NCBI RefSeq assembly: GCF_963921235.1
Contig: NC_086097.1
Span: forward strand, 36,768,001 to 36,832,000
DNA length: 64,000 nucleotides
Reading direction: 5' to 3'
DNA from: Mobula hypostoma
Lineage: Eukaryota
Shown: in pieces, positions 61,998-64,000 of the stretch
Position numbering within the stretch: the first letter of the stretch is position 1
Layout of the letters: each line of letters begins with the position of its first letter
The notes under the pieces: generated by a model
Told to the model about the DNA's origin: nothing
Database searches by the model: none
Seen by the model: only the letters and a program-made list of their open reading frames with translations
Position numbers and translations under genes: made by a program

Positions 61998-62484
61998 AAA
62001 AAAATTGGTTTGATGATAGGTGGCCATCATAGAAGGTTGGTGTCTTCAGATTGGACATCTGCAAACAGCAGTAAACTGCAGGGAGCTGTGCTGGGACCTT
62101 TGTTGTTTGCCATATATGTAAATTATTTGTGTGAGAGTGTCCATGGCCTGCTAAGTAAGTTTTCTAATAACACAAAGATTGGCGGAGCTGTAGATAGCAA
62201 GACAGGTTGCCCAAGTATACAGTGGGTCATGGATCAGCTGAAAAGTTGAGAGGAGCAATGGCACATGGAGCTTAATCCAGACAATTGTGAGGTGATGCAT
62301 TTTGGGTCATCTAATACTTGCAGGACATATTTGGTAAATTGTAGGAATCTTAGAAGTATTAAGGTACAGAGGGACATTGGGGTGCAAGTTCATAGCTCCC
62401 TGAAACTGGTGGCACAGATTGATTGGGTAGTGAAGAAAGCATTCAGCTTGCTTGTCTTTACATTTAGGCGTATGGAGCTGGGTT

Positions 62485-63610
62485 ATCAAAGTGCAAAGTA
62501 AATTTATTATGAAACTACATATACTGTGTGTCACCAGGTACAACCCTGAGATTCATTTTCTTGCAGGCATTTAAGGTAAATACAAAGAAACAACAAAAAC
62601 AGCAAGATAATAATAAATAAATAAACAATAAATATCAAGAACATGTGATGAAGAGTCCTTGAAAGTGAGTCCATAGGTTGTGGGAACAGTTCAGTGTTGA
62701 GGTGAGTGAAGTTGTCCGCTCTGGTTCAAGAGCCTGATGGTTGAGGAATAATAGATGTTCCTGAACCTGGAGGTGTGGGTCCTGAGGCTCCGTTACCCCC
62801 TGCCTGATGACAGTAGTGAGAAGGGAGTATGGCCTGGATAGCAGAGATCTCCAATGATTGATGCTACTTTCCTGCGACAGCTCTCCATGTAGATGTGCTC
62901 AGTGGTGGGAAGGGCTTTACCCATGACGGACTGGGCTGTATTCACTATTTCATGTGGGATTTTCTGCTCAAGGGCATTGGTGTTTCCATATCAGGCAAAG
63001 ATGCAACCAGTCAACACACTCTCCACCACACATCTATAGAAGTTTCTCAAAGTTTTTGATTATGTGCCGAATCTGTGCGAATCTCTAAAGAAGCAGAGAT
63101 GCTGCCGTACTTTCTTTGTAATTGCACTTGCATGCTGGACCCAGGACAGATCCTCTGAAGTGATGTCACTGAGGAATTTAAAGTTGCTGACCCTCTCCAC
63201 CTCTGATCCTGCATGAGGACTGGCTCGTGGACCTCTGGTTTCCTCCTTCTTAAGTCAATAATAAGCTCCTTGGTCTTGCTGACATCGAGTGAGAGGTGGT
63301 TGTTGTGGCCCAACTCAGACAGATTTTCAATCAGATATGGCCCTTGTGGCTAAAGGGATCAGGGGGTTTGGAGGGAAGGCTGGTGCAGGGTTCTGAGTTG
63401 GATGATCAGCCATGATCATACTGAATGGCGGTGCAGGCTCGAAGGGCCGAATGGCCTACTCCTGCATCTATTTTCTAAGTTTCTATCTCCCACCAAATGT
63501 TGATTCATCACCACCTTTGATTTGGCCAATGACAGTGGTGTTGTCAGCAAATTTAAATAAGGCATTGGAGCTGTACTTAGCCTCATGGTCATAAGCATAA
63601 AGCAAGTAAG
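62485..63610 (-). mobile_element. Rex1/Babar-type LINE 3' fragment containing a CR1 tail (about 63333-63487, +)
   Basis: NNHLSLDVSKTKELIIDLRR; inserted ctcgaagggccgaatggcctactcctgc..(TTCTA) tail. Confidence 0.85.
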
Positions 63611-63784
63611 TAAGGGGCTAATTGCTGATCACGTATCAGAACTGTCTAGACTTCAGTTACTTGGATATACAGGGCTGTGGCCAAGTGCTAGAAGATGTGA
63701 TTAATACGGATGGTTGCCCACGGGCTGGCATTCATACAGTGGGCTGAGTTGGCCCATTCTCATGCAATAGGATGCTAGGGCTCT

Positions 63785-64000
63785 ATGCCATAGCTTGGGC
63801 AATGCCGATGCCCGCCTCTGATCTTGAGAAAGTGAGTGGGGTTGAAGGAGAAATCGTTAAATGTGTAAACAAGTCCAGCCAGTTAAATGGGGGTGCTGGT
63901 GAAGGAGAACTCATTGGGCGTTGGTTCACAGAAGAACGAGAGGGACCTCGAGCTATCCTGATGTCACATGGGAATGTAGGGGGGTGGGATTCATATGTAC
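63785..64000 (-). mobile_element. Degenerate Penelope-like RT fragment running off the window
   Basis: Similar to 11930-12110 (ND FSFN..HFL..GG..IA pattern). Confidence 0.5.

Larger units (their letters stand above)
60130..62470 (+). mobile_element. Old CR1 RT (pieces about 60130-60345, 61270-61421, 62003-62470) split by insertions
   Basis: ANVVP.F..YRTVS, QGAVLGPLLFAIYVN..SKFS..TKIGG. Confidence 0.75.

Overview
Eukaryotic, repeat-rich vertebrate genomic DNA. The repeat landscape (CR1 LINEs, V-SINEs, Deu-type SINEs, abundant Penelope-like elements) suggests a cartilaginous fish, probably a ray (inference). One host coding exon is confidently recognisable: the first coding exon (8825->8481, minus strand; C2 domain, 115 aa, GT donor) of a novel-class protein kinase C of the eta/epsilon group, preceded by a CpG-, CCAAT- and GC-box-rich promoter region. 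Much of the rest is nested, mostly decayed mobile DNA: CR1, Rex1/Babar-type, HERO and R4 (Dong/Rex6-type) non-LTR elements, two Penelope-like lineages, a CsRn1-clade Gypsy element with a tRNA-Trp PBS, a solo LTR with a 5-bp TSD, two Tc1 transposons, hAT MITEs and two families of non-coding non-autonomous retroposons. The most notable signal is that the Penelope terminal repeats carry minimal hammerhead ribozyme motifs, including a young 413-bp TSD-flanked insertion with two identical hammerheads 305 nt apart (retrozyme-like, dimer-competent) and an inverted hairpin copy. Also noted: a mosaic eta/epsilon PKC that may be a third paralogue, a second promoter-like island at about 32 kb, and decayed duplicated coding-like (possibly kinase-like) segments at 57-60 kb. 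All family calls come from motif recognition by eye, not database searches; repeat boundaries without TSD/TIR evidence are approximate.
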